Origin: Oikopleura dioica
Lineage: Eukaryota > Animalia > Chordata
Length of the DNA: 64,000 nucleotides
Assembly (NCBI GenBank): GCA_907165135.1
Contig: OU015570.1
Span: 1,881,929 to 1,945,928, forward strand
Direction of reading: 5' to 3'
Below the pieces are notes generated by a model. It saw nothing but the letters and a program-made list of their open reading frames with translations, ran no database searches and was not told the DNA's origin. Position 1 is the stretch's first letter, and each line of letters begins with the position of its first letter. The translations under genes were made by a program, and so were the position numbers. Below are positions 1 through 12,699 of this stretch, one piece after another.

Positions 1-293
1 GCTGAAATAGGAGAAATCTGAGACATGAGCTGGCGTATTTTGAATAAGGATAGATTTAGGAGGGTCTTCGTTAGAATTACATGAAATGGTCGATTTTTCA
101 AAGAAAAAGAGCCTTTTCATGTAAATTTAAAGTTTTTTTTCAGTTGGAATAAAATAATAAAAAAGTGTCTTCTGCGCATTTTCTGGTTCTATTGCGATTT
201 CCTCGAATTTCTAATACTAATTACCCCACAACTTTCATATAAAATCAAAAGAATATCAAGAAGACCAAGTCACGCTTTTGAACCCTTTTTCAA

Positions 294-1188
294 AGGGCAA
301 CTCTCGTTTTGCCCAAAATCCCGGTTCACCCACATCCCGTTTCGCCCAAAATCCTTGATCACCCATTGTGGGCAAAACGGGAAATGTGCGGAACGAGATT
401 TCTGTGCTGATAGGGATTTTCATTTAACATTGAGAACTATCGAGATAAAAATAAGGAAAGATAAGCCCGAGTCTTAGACCCGGGACACCCCCTTAAAAGT
501 GACACGCGTGTCCAAAAATCAGTAAGCAGCCTCTATTTGCTGGCAAAAAGAATTTTGCAGATGAAAATTAATTCTATCTGAAATTACTTTCTATTGTGAT
601 AAGGGTTACGGGGCCTTGAAGGCAACCCTTAGTAACCCTAGACTAAACCCGAGCATTTTAAGACGAAGCCCCTTGGTCAACGTCATTTAGATTTGAGTTC
701 ATTTTTAAAGAATCGATCAACAAAATTCGGGTTAGGGTCAGGGTTCGGTCTTTTTTAGGACTACTGGGTATTGGACCCGAGCTTCACTTCTGAGGGCGTA
801 TCCCGGGTCTGTTATTTAACGAATTTTTAATCTTTTTTTGATTAATTTTTAGGATTATTTGAATAGAAATTTTATTATGGTTTCGTTCATCCGTCTTCGG
901 AAATTATCGTTAACTAGTTTTGAAGGGATTAGCGCCAAATTTTAAAGCTACTCTCCTCGGAGTCGGAGTTCAAATGTCTGTAAAAAAATGACTTCAATTT
1001 AAATGAAGTCACGGCACTTTAAAAAAAAAGTTTTCTTTTGAAATTGTGAATCCAGGACTGCCCAATCCTAAATTGCACATTTTCACGGTCCGCACATTTT
1101 CCCGTTTCGCCCACATTGGGCGATCAAGGATTCTGGGCGAAACCTGATGTGGGCGAACCGGGATTTAGGGCAAAACAAGCGCTGCCTG
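294..1188. mobile_element. Old MITE-like element with diverged ~100-bp terminal inverted repeats
   Basis: 294-395 (gggcaactctcgttttgcccaaaatcccggttcacccacatc...) is the diverged reverse complement of 1086-1188. No coding capacity; TSD not resolved. Confidence 0.6.
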
Positions 1189-1699
1189 CTTGAGTATTTC
1201 AAGCATTTGCCCCGAGAAAATCAAAATTCGCCATAACACAAACGTCAACTTTTATGCTACCTACACTGGGATTTGCCTTTAGGAACTTGACTTGACATTT
1301 TTTGATTTTGATTTTGATATTAAACCGCTCTTTATTAGCTTTTTTATAAATTTAATCAATATTTGAAAATAAACACGCAATAATCTAAGAATATTTTTTT
1401 TTCAAAGTTTTTTCGGCCATTTTATGTAGAATTGAAAAAAAGGACTTTATATGTAAAAGGCGTTTTCATCTAAATCTGAAATTTTCATGAAATGTACTTT
1501 TATATGAAATGGCCTATTTTTCAATTTTACATAAAAAGTCACTTTTACATGAAAAGTCCGTATCCCAACCATACCACACCACTCAGAGATACTTCAGTGG
1601 TCAATAAACTAAAAACAAACTTTACCCTTTTTAAACCTTCATTCAACTCTAGAGTTGCCTGAAGTTGCGTTGTGTTATTTCCTTGCAGAATCGTATAAC

Positions 1700-1720
1700 C
1701 TATACAAATTGGTGACTGAA
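1700..1720 (+). promoter_or_regulatory. Remnant LTR end plus primer-binding site of a truncated + strand LTR element
   Basis: ...ctataca|aat|TGGTGACTGAA: a CA end followed by the same PBS core and similar spacing as E1, E3 and E4. No partner LTR found. Confidence 0.45.
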
Positions 1721-1749
1721 CCAAACGGAACGCCCAAAGAATAAGAGAG

Positions 1750-2844
1750 CTAACGATCGTAGAGAGCTCCAGTGAAAAGTTTCGACTTCCGGTTTTGGTG
1801 TTCTTGGTCCGCTTTGAACTTTTTGAACTCTTCCATGAGTTGCTGGATCTGTTTGTTGATCGGGTCATTTTCAGGTTTCGTGACAGCGGCGAAATTGATC
1901 TCGCGTTTCGGAATGGATCTTTCAAGCTCGTTTGCTCGTTTAACAATCGAGCTAACATCAAGGCTAGCTTTGTCTCGCAACAGAAGTTCTCGAAGTCGAT
2001 CGTCTTGGGCAGAGCAAAATTTCTCGATCAAGAGTTCTTCGTCGTGTTTCCGGAGATCTTTGATGTTATACCCCTGCCTGTAATAGCTCGTTAACCCTGT
2101 CTCGAGCATTAAAAATTATCCTATCTCGGGCGCGAGCACACGGCCGTGAGCTCGCCCATCTAGAGAAAAAAATGTCATTTCATTCTCTCTTGTCTGCGCG
2201 TAGGGCATCAATTGCAAGAAAGCTGGTCTGTAACACAGTAAATAAAACAGTTCTGATCATCGAAAGCCTCTTTGGTCATTTTGGGGGGTGACCCGTCCCG
2301 ACCCGACCGTGGAAAAGGGTGGTCGGCGCCGACCCTAGCACTCAGCACAGACAAGAGAGAGAGAGAATGAACTGACATTTTTTTTCTAGATGGGCGAGCT
2401 CATGGCTGTGTGCTTGCGCTCGAGATAGGGTTAACTTGGCCATGGCGACACCAAAAGAGTCAGATCCACGTTGGTAGTTCTCATAAAGGTGTTTCCAGTG
2501 ATCTCGGGAGAAGCCAAGCACGTCTTTGAGTTTTGCTTTGAATGCATCCCATTCTTGAAGTTCAGTGTCCGTGAGAGAAGCAATGATGTGGCTCCCTTGC
2601 TCTTCGGCTAGCAGGGCACTGAGGGCGCACGTGATAAGTTCTTCATCGTTAAGCGAGGTGACCCGGCCATAAATCTCTTTCCAGGTTTTTCTTTCTTGAT
2701 CTCGGGCTTTGGTGGCGTAGATCGCTTTGGTTGAGAATTTTTCGGTCTCATGGTAGCGTTTGCTGACATATCAGAGTCGGAAGATGAGTCTTCATCGGTT
2801 ACGTCAAGCTCTGGTAGACCCTCAGTATCACTCTCGACATCCAA
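1750..2844 (-). pseudogene. gag: Ty3/gypsy gag fragment, homologous to E3 gag, interrupted by a MITE and frameshifted
   Basis: Removing 2095-2430 plus one TTAA gives ...YQRGSDSFGVAMAKLTSYYRQGY...EKFCSAQDDRLRELLLRDKASL...RANELERS. This aligns by eye with E3 gag FQRGSESQFMALTKLIAFFKKGY...ERFINAQEPRLCELLRREKSLL...RSTELERS. Confidence 0.75.
2095..2430. mobile_element. piggyBac-like MITE (336 bp)
   Basis: TTAA TSD at 2091-2094 and 2431-2434; ends CCCTGTCTCGAGC / GCTCGAGATAGGG; longer internal inverted repeat 2119-2180 vs 2370-2429. Confidence 0.85.
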
Positions 2845-2851
2845 AGAGCCC

Positions 2852-3030
2852 CGTACCTGGCTTTTAAATTGAAATGGGCTTGACGGCCCTTCGGGCCGTC
2901 TCAGCCGTGTACCTGGCTTTTAAATTGAAATGGGCTTGAATTACGGCTGGAATTTGAAGAAAAGATTGAGATGATCAGTCTCATTTTTTTCCCAAACCCC
3001 ACCCACACCCGTTATTAAATTTATTTCAGT
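2852..3030 (-). repeat. Hairpin-ended dispersed repeat family copy (HP56), with ~1.5 terminal units
   Basis: Reverse complement reads ggctgagacggcccgaagggccgtcaagccc. Related copies at 28250-28430, 28730-28860, 55420-55560 and 58010-58516. Confidence 0.55.
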
Positions 3031-3502
3031 TCGTCCTCCCGGATTATAAATTATGGTTTTTGAAATATTAATTATTTTATCTTTTTACATAAAGTTTTCT
3101 TCTTTCTTAAAAAAATTCTTCCATCAAATGAGGTCCTCCGGGGTCCTCAGATGGTCCACGTGATTAAATTATCAGATTTTTTAATGTTCACGCTTCGGTT
3201 AATCACCATACCGAAGAATTCCCTGGAAGAGATTATTTTTCATTTAATTTGCTTAAATTCTTCCATCATCTAGGTCCTCCGGGGTGACCTTTGATGACCT
3301 TAAGTCACGTGTCAAAATGATCAGTGGATCAAGGGCTTTCTTTCGATGTATTATTCATCTCTATTAGAGGATGATAAAAAAATCAATTTTTTCACCGTTC
3401 ACCCCCTATTTATATATTAAGTATAAATGATTTTTTTTTGATTTTTTGATGAGTTTTTTTTTGATTTTTTTTTTGATTATTTGATTTTATGAAAATGTTT
3501 TT

Positions 3503-4213
3503 TCAGTTTTGTCTCTTTCTTTTCGATCGTCTCGGAGGACCTTGACTCTCATCGGAACAAATGCTTGGTTCATACAATGATTGCTCGAAAACTATCTTGT
3601 TCGCGAATCGGGGAAAACGAATGGTTGGAATGATGAGCAGAAGAATGAAGATGGTGATTAACTGGAATGTTTTGTTGGATGTTGTGTGTGTTTGGAATGT
3701 TTTGTGGGAAATTGAGTGGAAGCGAATAATTAAGGGGAATGTTATAGAGGGAGCGATTTTGAGGTATACATTGAAAAGAATGATTTTGCTGAATGTTGCG
3801 TGGTTGAGCTTGGTTTTGAGGAATGATGAGAGATTGATTAAGGTTTTCTGGAATGTTTTGAGGAGTGGAAGTTTGCTGCGGTTGAGCTTGGTTTTGTGGA
3901 GTGAAGACAGATTGATTAAGGTTTGGTGGAATGTTTTGAGGAGTGGAAGTTTGCTGCGGAATGTTTTCGAAATGGAATGGAGTCGAAGTGCGGAAGGGAT
4001 CATAAATCGGTGGATTAAATGATTTGAAGGGTCGTCTTGTCAAGGGATGAGAATGTTGACCGTGAACAGGCTGGGGGATGTATCTCTCCGGATTTTCAAT
4101 CTGGAGTCGTGCATCAATCACCTTCAATGCAGGGTTCCAAATGTAGCAGTGTAGTAATGTAGAAATTAAGCATTTATTACATTTATCTGACAAAGCAAGT
4201 CGCCATTTTTAAA
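3503..4213 (-). pseudogene. Low-complexity Q/N/P-rich ORF with internal ~75-bp duplication, probably frameshifted; function unknown
   Basis: 207-codon frame 3570-4193 with QQTSTPQNIP repeats. An upstream aaaATGGCG is out of frame, and an alternative frame ends in basic PPRRSKRKRQN. No recognisable domain. Confidence 0.35.
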
Positions 4214-6292
4214 AAAGCTGACAGTCGCTTGGGAGTAGGGTGGGTCACTTTCAGGGTTGGTCCTTTGTTTTCGCTCAAACTTTGTCAGATGGTAGATCTG
4301 ACCTCAACTAAGAACTTTTCTTTTGAAAATCTGAAAAAAAAATTTTTTCTCAATTTTTTTTTCGGAATTTACTTTCGAAAAACCGGTTTTTCTAGAATAA
4401 CTTTTGGGCACACCCCCTACACACATCTTTTTATGACATCATTTGAAAGATCACGTGATTCCGGTCATTTTGGTACCTCGATCTTGTCCGGGAAACGCCA
4501 GGAAAAAAAGTTATGGGCATTTGAAGGGTCCAAATTCGAAAAGTGATGACATCGGATGACATTCAACCTTAGATTACGTCATCATGCCCCCATTTTTATG
4601 ACTTGATTTTGCTTGTAATCGAAAGTTCGTGTAAAAATACCCCTAAAACAATCAAAAAATCGATTCGCAAGGGCTTGGTCTCAAGAAATTTCAAAAAATT
4701 GAAAAAATTGTATCTCATCATAAAATTCTGACAATAAATTGGCGATAGCTCGAAAACGGTAAGGAAATCGTACTATGTGCTTATTGACAAAGTTGTTCGC
4801 CAAGCAAAAACACGTCGATCGGTATGCTTAGAATCCCGGAATTGTAGCTACATTTGGAACTCTGCTTCAATGTACTCGGAGGAGGAACGCCGCTAATTTG
4901 ACAAACACGCCCTTATTGAGATTTTCTGAAACAATTAAAGTCTAGTTTCAGAAAACCGATAACGAGAATTTGAAATTATACGATAACAAGAGCACCATGA
5001 AATAGAAACGATTTCACAAAGTCAAACTAAGTGCGTAAAAGTTGTTTGAATCTAAGTTTTTTGAATTTTTGGATTATCTTGAAAATTCAAGAAAATCAAA
5101 CGTTATAAAAATCTGTCCTTCTAATTGATATTCACAATATTCTTCGTATCCTTGTTCGCTGATGGGGTAAAAACCCCGTCGCGGCTCAAGGCCCAATTGC
5201 CGCCGTGAACTTATAAAGTTTTATTAAAATTAAAAAAACTTACATCGAAAAGAATTGTGCCATTTATATGAAATAAGAGTTTAAATTAACCGAAAACGTT
5301 AAGCCTACAATCAACGAACTCATATATCTACTGATGTCAATTAACGATACAATATATCGTCATCATAAAAATTTAAACTCTAATCAAAATGGTTCTTCGA
5401 GTGATCACCCGCATATATTTGGGGTCTCTGACATCCCTCGATAGGACCATTCATGAACTGCTTTTATTAATACGACATTTCTAAATTATTTTTTATAAGT
5501 TTAGTTAATTATAAATTAAAGAAGAAAGAAAGCGTCGAATCTCTTTTAACTGCTTTTATTATGAAAGAAAAACAATCATAAGAGAAGCTCTAGAATAATT
5601 TACTTACTTAGACTTTCCGACGAGATTTGCGACCATTTGGAATCATTATGCAAATGCTTTGTACTTTCAGGAACAATTATCAGATTTATTGTTTATATTA
5701 AGAGTGTATATTAGTAATTAAAGTATTAGTTACGACGGTAATGCATTACCAAATTCGTCAAAAAAGTGTCGATATTTTCATTCAAAGAGCAAGTGTGCGC
5801 TCCGCGCTTGTGTTTTATTCATTAACTTGGCGTAAAAATAAAATAAATTGATAATCGACTACCGAAAATTGGTAATGGGTTACCAAAAATTTTGGTAATG
5901 AGTCCGACCGTTCCCAAAGAAAGATTGTTATACTAGGGGATGGTGATAAAAATTTTTCATTTCCCACCCGTTTATTTCAAACTCAAGTTCAAATAAAGGG
6001 AGAACAATAATGCAGTAATGGTCGGTAACTAGATTATCGTCTCCAAATATCGTATTTTTCGACTATAACTAGCACTATAAATATATTTTTAAAGGGGAAT
6101 CACTAATAATTAAGCTTTTTCTAGCTTAGTAGGGTAGGCATATAGGGAAGGTTGCAATAAGAATGAGTCTGAGACCAATTATTCTAAAATAAGCTTAAAA
6201 GGACCCATTATTCGTATATTATGCCTATAATGGGTCTAGAACGAGTCTATTATCATTAATGAAGTACTTTCTATCGATAAAGGTTTGGGTGA

Positions 6293-6363
6293 GGGGGCAC
6301 TGGGTTAAATGACAGAACAAACTCACACGAGGGGGATAGGCTAGGGTTATTTAGGGTTACTTT
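6293..6363 (+). repeat. Left half of a dispersed repeat with a telomere-like (TTAGGG) hairpin, split by E1
   Basis: Joins to 27738-27785 (caaccctaaccctagactagaccccggcatcttaggacc). An uninterrupted copy lies on the - strand at 61890-62030 and a diverged copy at ~600-680. Confidence 0.75.
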
Positions 6364-6597
6364 TAGAGGCCTCCGATTCATGGTTATGACAGTAGGCCGA
6401 TAATCCTAGCAACTACCGTACCCGTATCTTAGTGACACTACTGTACTACCACTATATAAAGCTGTGCACTCCCACTCTAAGGCTCAGTCGAGTTCCCGGA
6501 GCAAACTCACTCACTTACACAAATACACTACATTGACGTTACCCACTTTTACATGGAATAAATATATGATACCAACACCAATTGAAGAGTCTATAGT

Positions 6598-9500
6598 TAG
6601 GACCCGACCGCAAAAATGGGACCTTCTCTCACAGCAATTTTGGGCTTTTTCTGCAACGATAGTATGATAGAGTAGGTCAAGATGAACAACTTTCATATAG
6701 AAAAGTTTTCGTAAAAGTACTGTTTTCCCGTCGAAATATACCTGCAAAGGGTCCAAAAATGGTACCAAAAGTACGTTTTAGCCTGTATATCACGTGCGAG
6801 TCCTTCTCAGCTTAAATGACTATGCTCATTAGAAAGCTCTTGCTCTGAGCTTTCAGTTGACCCCAAAAATCTACTCCCTAAGCCAAAAATTTTCGGAAAA
6901 GTACCCTACAGTGACCGGAAGTCGCCGGATTTCGCTTGAATTTGCCATGAAAAAGCCATTTCTCTCTACAACCTTTTGGAACCCCTTACATATGGATATC
7001 AATCGATAGGGCTTGAACTCGCGATTCTGAATTGACCGGTAATGAGCAAAACCAGCTGGTTCATTGGCCATAACCAGGCGGTTTTCTTCTAAAAACACAT
7101 AGAATATTATAAATATTCAATATTTGGCCGTGTGTTGCCAGTATATGGCCACCTATGGTCGACTTTGGTCAAATTCGACCGGAGGACCCCGGAGGACCTC
7201 CCTGGTGGAAGACCATCCGCTGGAAGACCAATATTAAAAATATTCAATATATGGCCGTGCTCGGCCAGAATTTGGCCATCTATGGTCAGCTTTGGTCAAG
7301 TTCGGCCGGATAACCCCCGGAGGACCTCCCTGGTGGAAGACCATCTGCTGGAAGACCAATATTCGAAAATTTCAATTTATGGCTGTGCTCGGACAATATA
7401 TTGCCACCTATGGTCGACATTGGTCAAGTTCGGCCGGAGGACCCCCGGAGGACCTCCTTGGTGGAAGACCGACAGCTGGAAGACAAAAATTAAACAATAA
7501 AACAAAATGCCTTACTGGGCTAAGAATCGACAGTTCCGACAAATTTGGTCAGTTTATGCCAAAAAACCCCGGAGGACCCCTTTTGCTGGAAAATAATCGA
7601 CTCGAAGACCAACATTAAAAAAAAATTAAAAATCAATCACAGTCCATTCAGATTGATCCTTGGGGCCATGCTGACTGAAAGCTCTGTGGCCAATCAATTC
7701 AGTAAGAGGCAGGGCGAAGCCGACCCGAGGGGGAGGCACGCCCGTTCATTCTTTACAATCATAGTCAGGGCGAAGCCGACCCGGAGGGGAGGCCACGCCC
7801 GTTCATTCTATTCAATCAGAGTCAGGGCGAAGCCGACCCGAAGGGGAGGCCACGCCCGTTCATTCTTTCATTCAGAGTAAGGACGAAGCCGACCCGGAGG
7901 GAAGGCCACGCCCGTTCATTCTATTCAATCAGAGTCAGGCCCTGACTGTCAGGGCGAAGCCGAGCCGAAGGGGAGGCCACGCCCGTTCATTCTTTTCAAT
8001 CAGTTTCAGGACGAAGCCGACCCAAAGGGAGGCCATGCCCATTCATTCTGTTCAATCAGAATCAGAGCGAAGCAGACCCGAAGGGGAGGCCACGCCCGTT
8101 CATTCAATTCAATCAGAGTCAGGGCGAAGCCGACCCGAAGGGGAGGCCACGCCCGTTCATTCTATTCAATCAGAGTCAGGGCGAAGCCGACCCGAAGGGG
8201 AGGCCACGCCCGTCTATTCAATTAAATCATAAACAGGGCGAAGCCGACCCGAAGAGGAGGCCACGCCCGTTCATTCTATTCAATCAGAGTCGGGGCGTAG
8301 CCGACCCGGAGGGGAGGCAACGCCCGTTCATTCTATTCAATCAGAGTCAGGGCGAAGCCGAGCCGAAGGGAGGCCACGCCCGTTCATTCTTTCATTCAGA
8401 GTTAGGGCGAAGCCGACCCGGAGGGAGGCCACGCCCGTTCGTTCCATTCAATCAGAGTCAGGGCGAAGCCGACCCGAAGGGGAGGCCACGCCCGTTCATT
8501 CAATTCAATCATAACAGGGCGAAGCCGACCCGAAGGAGGCAACGCCCGTTCATTCTATTCAATCAGAGTCAGGGCGTAGCCGACCCAAAGGGGAGCCCAC
8601 GCCTATTCATTCGGGTCGGCTTTGCCCTGTTTATGATTGAATTGAATGAACGGGCGTGGCCTCCTTCGGGTCGGCTTCGCCCTGACTCTGATTGAAAAGA
8701 ATGAATGGGCGTGGCCTCCCTTTGGGTCGGCTTCGCCCAGAAATTGATTGAAAAGAATGAACGGGCGTGGCCTCCCTTCGGGTCGGCTTCGCCCTGACTC
8801 TGATTGAAAAGAATGAATGGGCGTGGCCTCCCCTTCGGGTCGGCTTCGCCCTGTTTATGATTGAATTAAATAAACGGGCGTGGCCTCCCCTTCGGGTCGG
8901 CTTCGCCCTGATTCTGATTGAATAGAATGAACGGGCGAGGCCTCCCTCCGGGTCGGTTACGCCCTGACTCTGATTGAATAGAATGAACGGGCGTTGCCTC
9001 CTTCGGGTCGGCTTCGCCCTGTTTATGATTGAATTGAATGAACGGGCGTGGCCTCCCTTCGGGTCGGCTTCGCCCTGACTCTGATTGAATAGAATGAATA
9101 GACGTGGCCTCCCTTTGGGTCGGCTACGCCCTGACTCTGATTGAATAGAATGAACGGGCGTTGCCTCCTTCAGGTCGGCTTCGCCCTGTTTATGATTGAA
9201 TTGAATGAACGGGCGTGGCCTCCCTTTGTGTCGGCTTCGCCCTGAAACTGATTGAAAAGAATGAACGGGCGTGGCCTCCCTTCGGGTCGGCTTCGCCCTG
9301 ACTCTGATTGAAAAGAATGAACGGGCGTTGCCTCCTCCGGGTCGGCTTCGCCCTAACTCTGATTGAAAAGAATGAACGGGCGTTGCCTCCCTCCGGGTCG
9401 GCTTCTTCCTTACTCTGAATGAAAAGAATGAACGGGCGTGGCCTCCCTTCGGCTCGGCTTCGCCCTGACTCTGATTGAATAGAATGAACGGGCGTGGCCT

Positions 9501-12500
9501 CCCTTCGGGTCGGCTTCGCCCTGACTCTGATTGAATAGAATGAACGGGCGTGGCCTCCCCTTCGGGTGGGGTTCGCCCTGTTTCTGATTGAATTGAATGA
9601 ACGGGCGTGGCCTCCCCTTCGGGTCTGCTTCGCTCTGATTCTGATTGAAAAGAATGAACGGGCGTGGCCTCCCCTTCGGGTCGGCTTCGCCCTGTTTCTG
9701 ATTGAATTGAATAGACGGGCGTGGCCTCCCCTTCGGGTCGGCTTCGCCCTGACTCTGATTGAATAGAATGAACGGGCGTGGCCTCCCCTTCGGGTCGGCT
9801 TCGCCCTGTTTCTGATTGAATTGAATGAACGGGCGTGGCCTCCCCTTCGGGTCTGCTTCGCTCTGATTCTGATTGAAAAGAATGAATGGGCATGGCCTCC
9901 CCTTTGGGTCGGCTTCGTCCTGAAACTGATTGAAAAGAATGAACGGGCGTGGCCTCCTCTTCGGCTCGGCTTCGCCCTGACAGTCAGGGCCTGACTCTGA
10001 TTGAATAGAATGAACGGGCGTGGCCTTCCTCCGGGTCGGCTTCGCCCTGACTCTGATTGAATAGAATGAATAGACGTGGCCTCCCTTTGGGTCGGCTACG
10101 CCCTGACTCTGATTGGATAGAATGAACGGGCGTTGCCTCCCCTTCGGGTCGGCTTCGCCCTGTTTATGATTGAATTGAATGAACGGGCGTGGCCTCCCCT
10201 TTGTGTCGGCTTCGCCCTGAAACTGATTGAAAAGAATGAACGGGCGTGGCCTCCCTTCGGGTCGGCTTCGCCCTGACTCTGATTGAATGGAACGAACGGG
10301 CGTGGCCTCTTCTCCGGGTCGGCTTCGCCCTAACTCTGATTGAAAAGAATGAACGGGCGTTGCCTCCCCTCCGGGTTGGCTTCTTCCTTACTCTGAATGA
10401 AAAGAATGAACGGGCGTGGCCTCCCCTTCGGCTCGGCTTCGCCCTGACTCTGATTGAATAGAATGAACGGGCGTTGCCTCCTCCGGGTCGGCTTCGCCCT
10501 AACTCTGATTGAAAAGAATGAACGGGCGTTGCCTCCCCTTCGGGTCGGCTTCGCCCTGACTCTGATTGAATGGAACGAACGGGCGTGGCCTCCCCTCCGG
10601 GTCGGCTTCGCCCTGACTCTGATTGAATAGAATGAACGGGCGTTGCCTCCCCTCCGGGTCGGCTTCGCCCTAACTCTGATTGAAAAGAATGAACGGGCGT
10701 TGCCTCCCCTCCGGGTCGGCTTCGTCCTAACTCTGATTGAAAAGAATGAACGGGCGTTGCCTCCCCTTCGGGTCGGCTTCGCCCTGCAACTGATTGAAAA
10801 GAATGAACGGGCGTGGCCTCCCCTTCGGGTCGGCTTCGCCCTGACTCTGATTGAATGGAACGAACGGGCGTGGCCTCCCCTCCGGGTCGGCTTCGCCCTA
10901 ACTCTGATTGAAAAGAATGAACGGGCGTTGCCTCCCCTCCGGGTCGGCTTCTTCCTTACTCTGAATGAAAAGAATGAACGGGCGTGGCCTCCCCTTCGGC
11001 TCGGCTTCGCCCTGACTCTGATTGAATAGAATGAACGGGCGTTGCCTCCCTCCGGGGCGGCTACGCCCCGACTCTGATTGAATAGAATGAACGGGCGTGG
11101 CCTCCTCTTCGGGTCGGCTTCGCCCTGTTTATGATTTAATTGAATAGACGGGCGTTGCCTCCCCTTTGTGTCGGCTTTGCCCTGAGTCTGATTGAATAGA
11201 ATGAACGGGCGTGGCCTCCCCTTCGGGTCGGCTTCGCCCTGTTTCTGATTGAATTGAATGAACGGGCGTGGCCTCCCCTTCGGGTCTGCTTCGCTCTGAT
11301 TCTGATTGAAAAGAATGAATGGGCATGGCCTCCCCTTTGGGTCGGCTTCGTCCTGAAACTGATTGAAAAGAATGAACGGGCGTGGCCTCCCCTTCGGCTC
11401 GGCTTCGCCCTGACAGTCAGGGCCTGACTCTGATTGAATAGAATGAACGGGCGTGGCCTTCCCTCCGGGTCGGCTTCGTCCTTACTCTGAATGAAAAGAA
11501 TGAACGGGCGTGGCCTCCCCTTCGGGTCGGCTTCGCCCTGACTCTGATTGAATAGAATGAACGGGCGTGGCCGTTCAATTTTTAATGTTGGTCTTCGAGT
11601 CGATTATTTTCCAGCAAAAGGGGTCCTCCGGGGTTTTTTGGCATAAACTGACCAAATTTGTCGGAACTGTCGATTCTTAGCCCAGTAAGGCATTTTGTTT
11701 TATTGTTTAATTTTTGTCTTCCAGCTGTCAGTCTTCCACCAAGGAGGTCCTCCGGGGTCCTCCGGCCGAACTTGACCAATGTCGACCATAGGTGGCAATA
11801 TATTGTCCGAGCACAGCCATAAATTGAAATTTTCGAATATTGGTCTTCCAGCAGATGGTCTTCCACCAGGGAGGTCCTCCGGGGGTTATCCGGCCGAACT
11901 TGACCAAAGCTGACCATAGATGGCCAAATTCTGGCCGAGCACGGCCATATATTGAATATTTTTAATATTGGTCTTCCAGCGGATGGTCTTCCACCAGGGA
12001 GGTCCTCCGGGGTCCTCCGGTCGAATTTGACCAAAGTCGACCATAGGTGGCCATATACTGGCAACACACGGCCAAATATTGAATATTTATAATATTCTAT
12101 GTGTTTTTAGAAGAAAACCGCCTGGTTATGGCCAATGAACCAGCTGGTTTTGCTCATTACCGGTCAATTCAGAATCGCGAGTTCAAGCCCTATCGATTGA
12201 TATCCATATGTAAGGGGTTCCAAAAGGTTGTAGAGAGAAATGGCTTTTTCATGGCAAATTCAAGCGAAATCCGGCGACTTCCGGTCACTGTAGGGTACTT
12301 TTCCGAAAATTTTTGGCTTAGGGGAGTAGATTTTTTGGGGTCAACTGAAAGCTCAGAGCAAGAGCTTTCTAATGAGCATAGTCATTTAAGCTGAGAAGGA
12401 CTCGCACGTGATATACAGGCTAAAACGTACTTTTGGTACCATTTTTGGACCCTTTGCAGGTATATTTCGACGGGAAAACAGTACTTTTACGAAAACTTTT

Positions 12501-12603
12501 CTATATGAAAGTTGTTCATCTTGACCTACTCTATCATTCTATTGTTGCAGAAAAAGCCCAAAATTGCTGTGAGAGAAGGTCCCATTTTTGCGGTCGGGTC
12601 CTA
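6598..12603. mobile_element. 6.0-kb non-autonomous hAT-type foldback element inserted in the E1 5' LTR
   Basis: 8-bp TSD TCTATAGT (6590-6597, 12604-12611); TAGG...CCTA termini; ~1-kb near-identical TIRs (6598-~7620 and ~11580-12603); interior is satellite only. Confidence 0.92.
7705..11575. repeat. 56-57 bp minisatellite, two arrays in opposite orientation meeting at ~8610
   Basis: Unit gggcgaagccgacccgaaggggaggccacgcccgttcattctattcaatcagagtca on + up to ~8610, then its reverse complement to 11575. Variant units recur (e.g. ccctgacagtcagggcctg at ~9975 and ~11410). Confidence 0.95.
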
Positions 12604-12699
12604 TCTATAGTCCATACTTGCAACCCCGAAGACACAACAAGATATACACAGAACAACCTTTATCTTTCTGCGGCGCCTATCTGGTGACTAAAGTGAAGC

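Noticed and set aside
600-760. True telomere or chromosome fusion site
   Set aside because: Only two or three degenerate TTAGGG units, embedded in a dispersed repeat.
6464-6768. ORFs in LTRs and TIRs (also 17076-17460, 26740-27155, 27532-27795, 31885-32296, 50970-52173)
   Set aside because: Duplicated non-coding terminal repeats with no protein-like features.
7705-11575. CRISPR-like appearance of the regular repeats (also 58073-58516)
   Set aside because: No unique spacers, no cas genes, and a eukaryotic transposon context.
7132-12067. Many ORFs including the 420-aa ORF 8631-9893
   Set aside because: Translations of the satellite and TIR subrepeats; periodic peptides mirrored on both arms.
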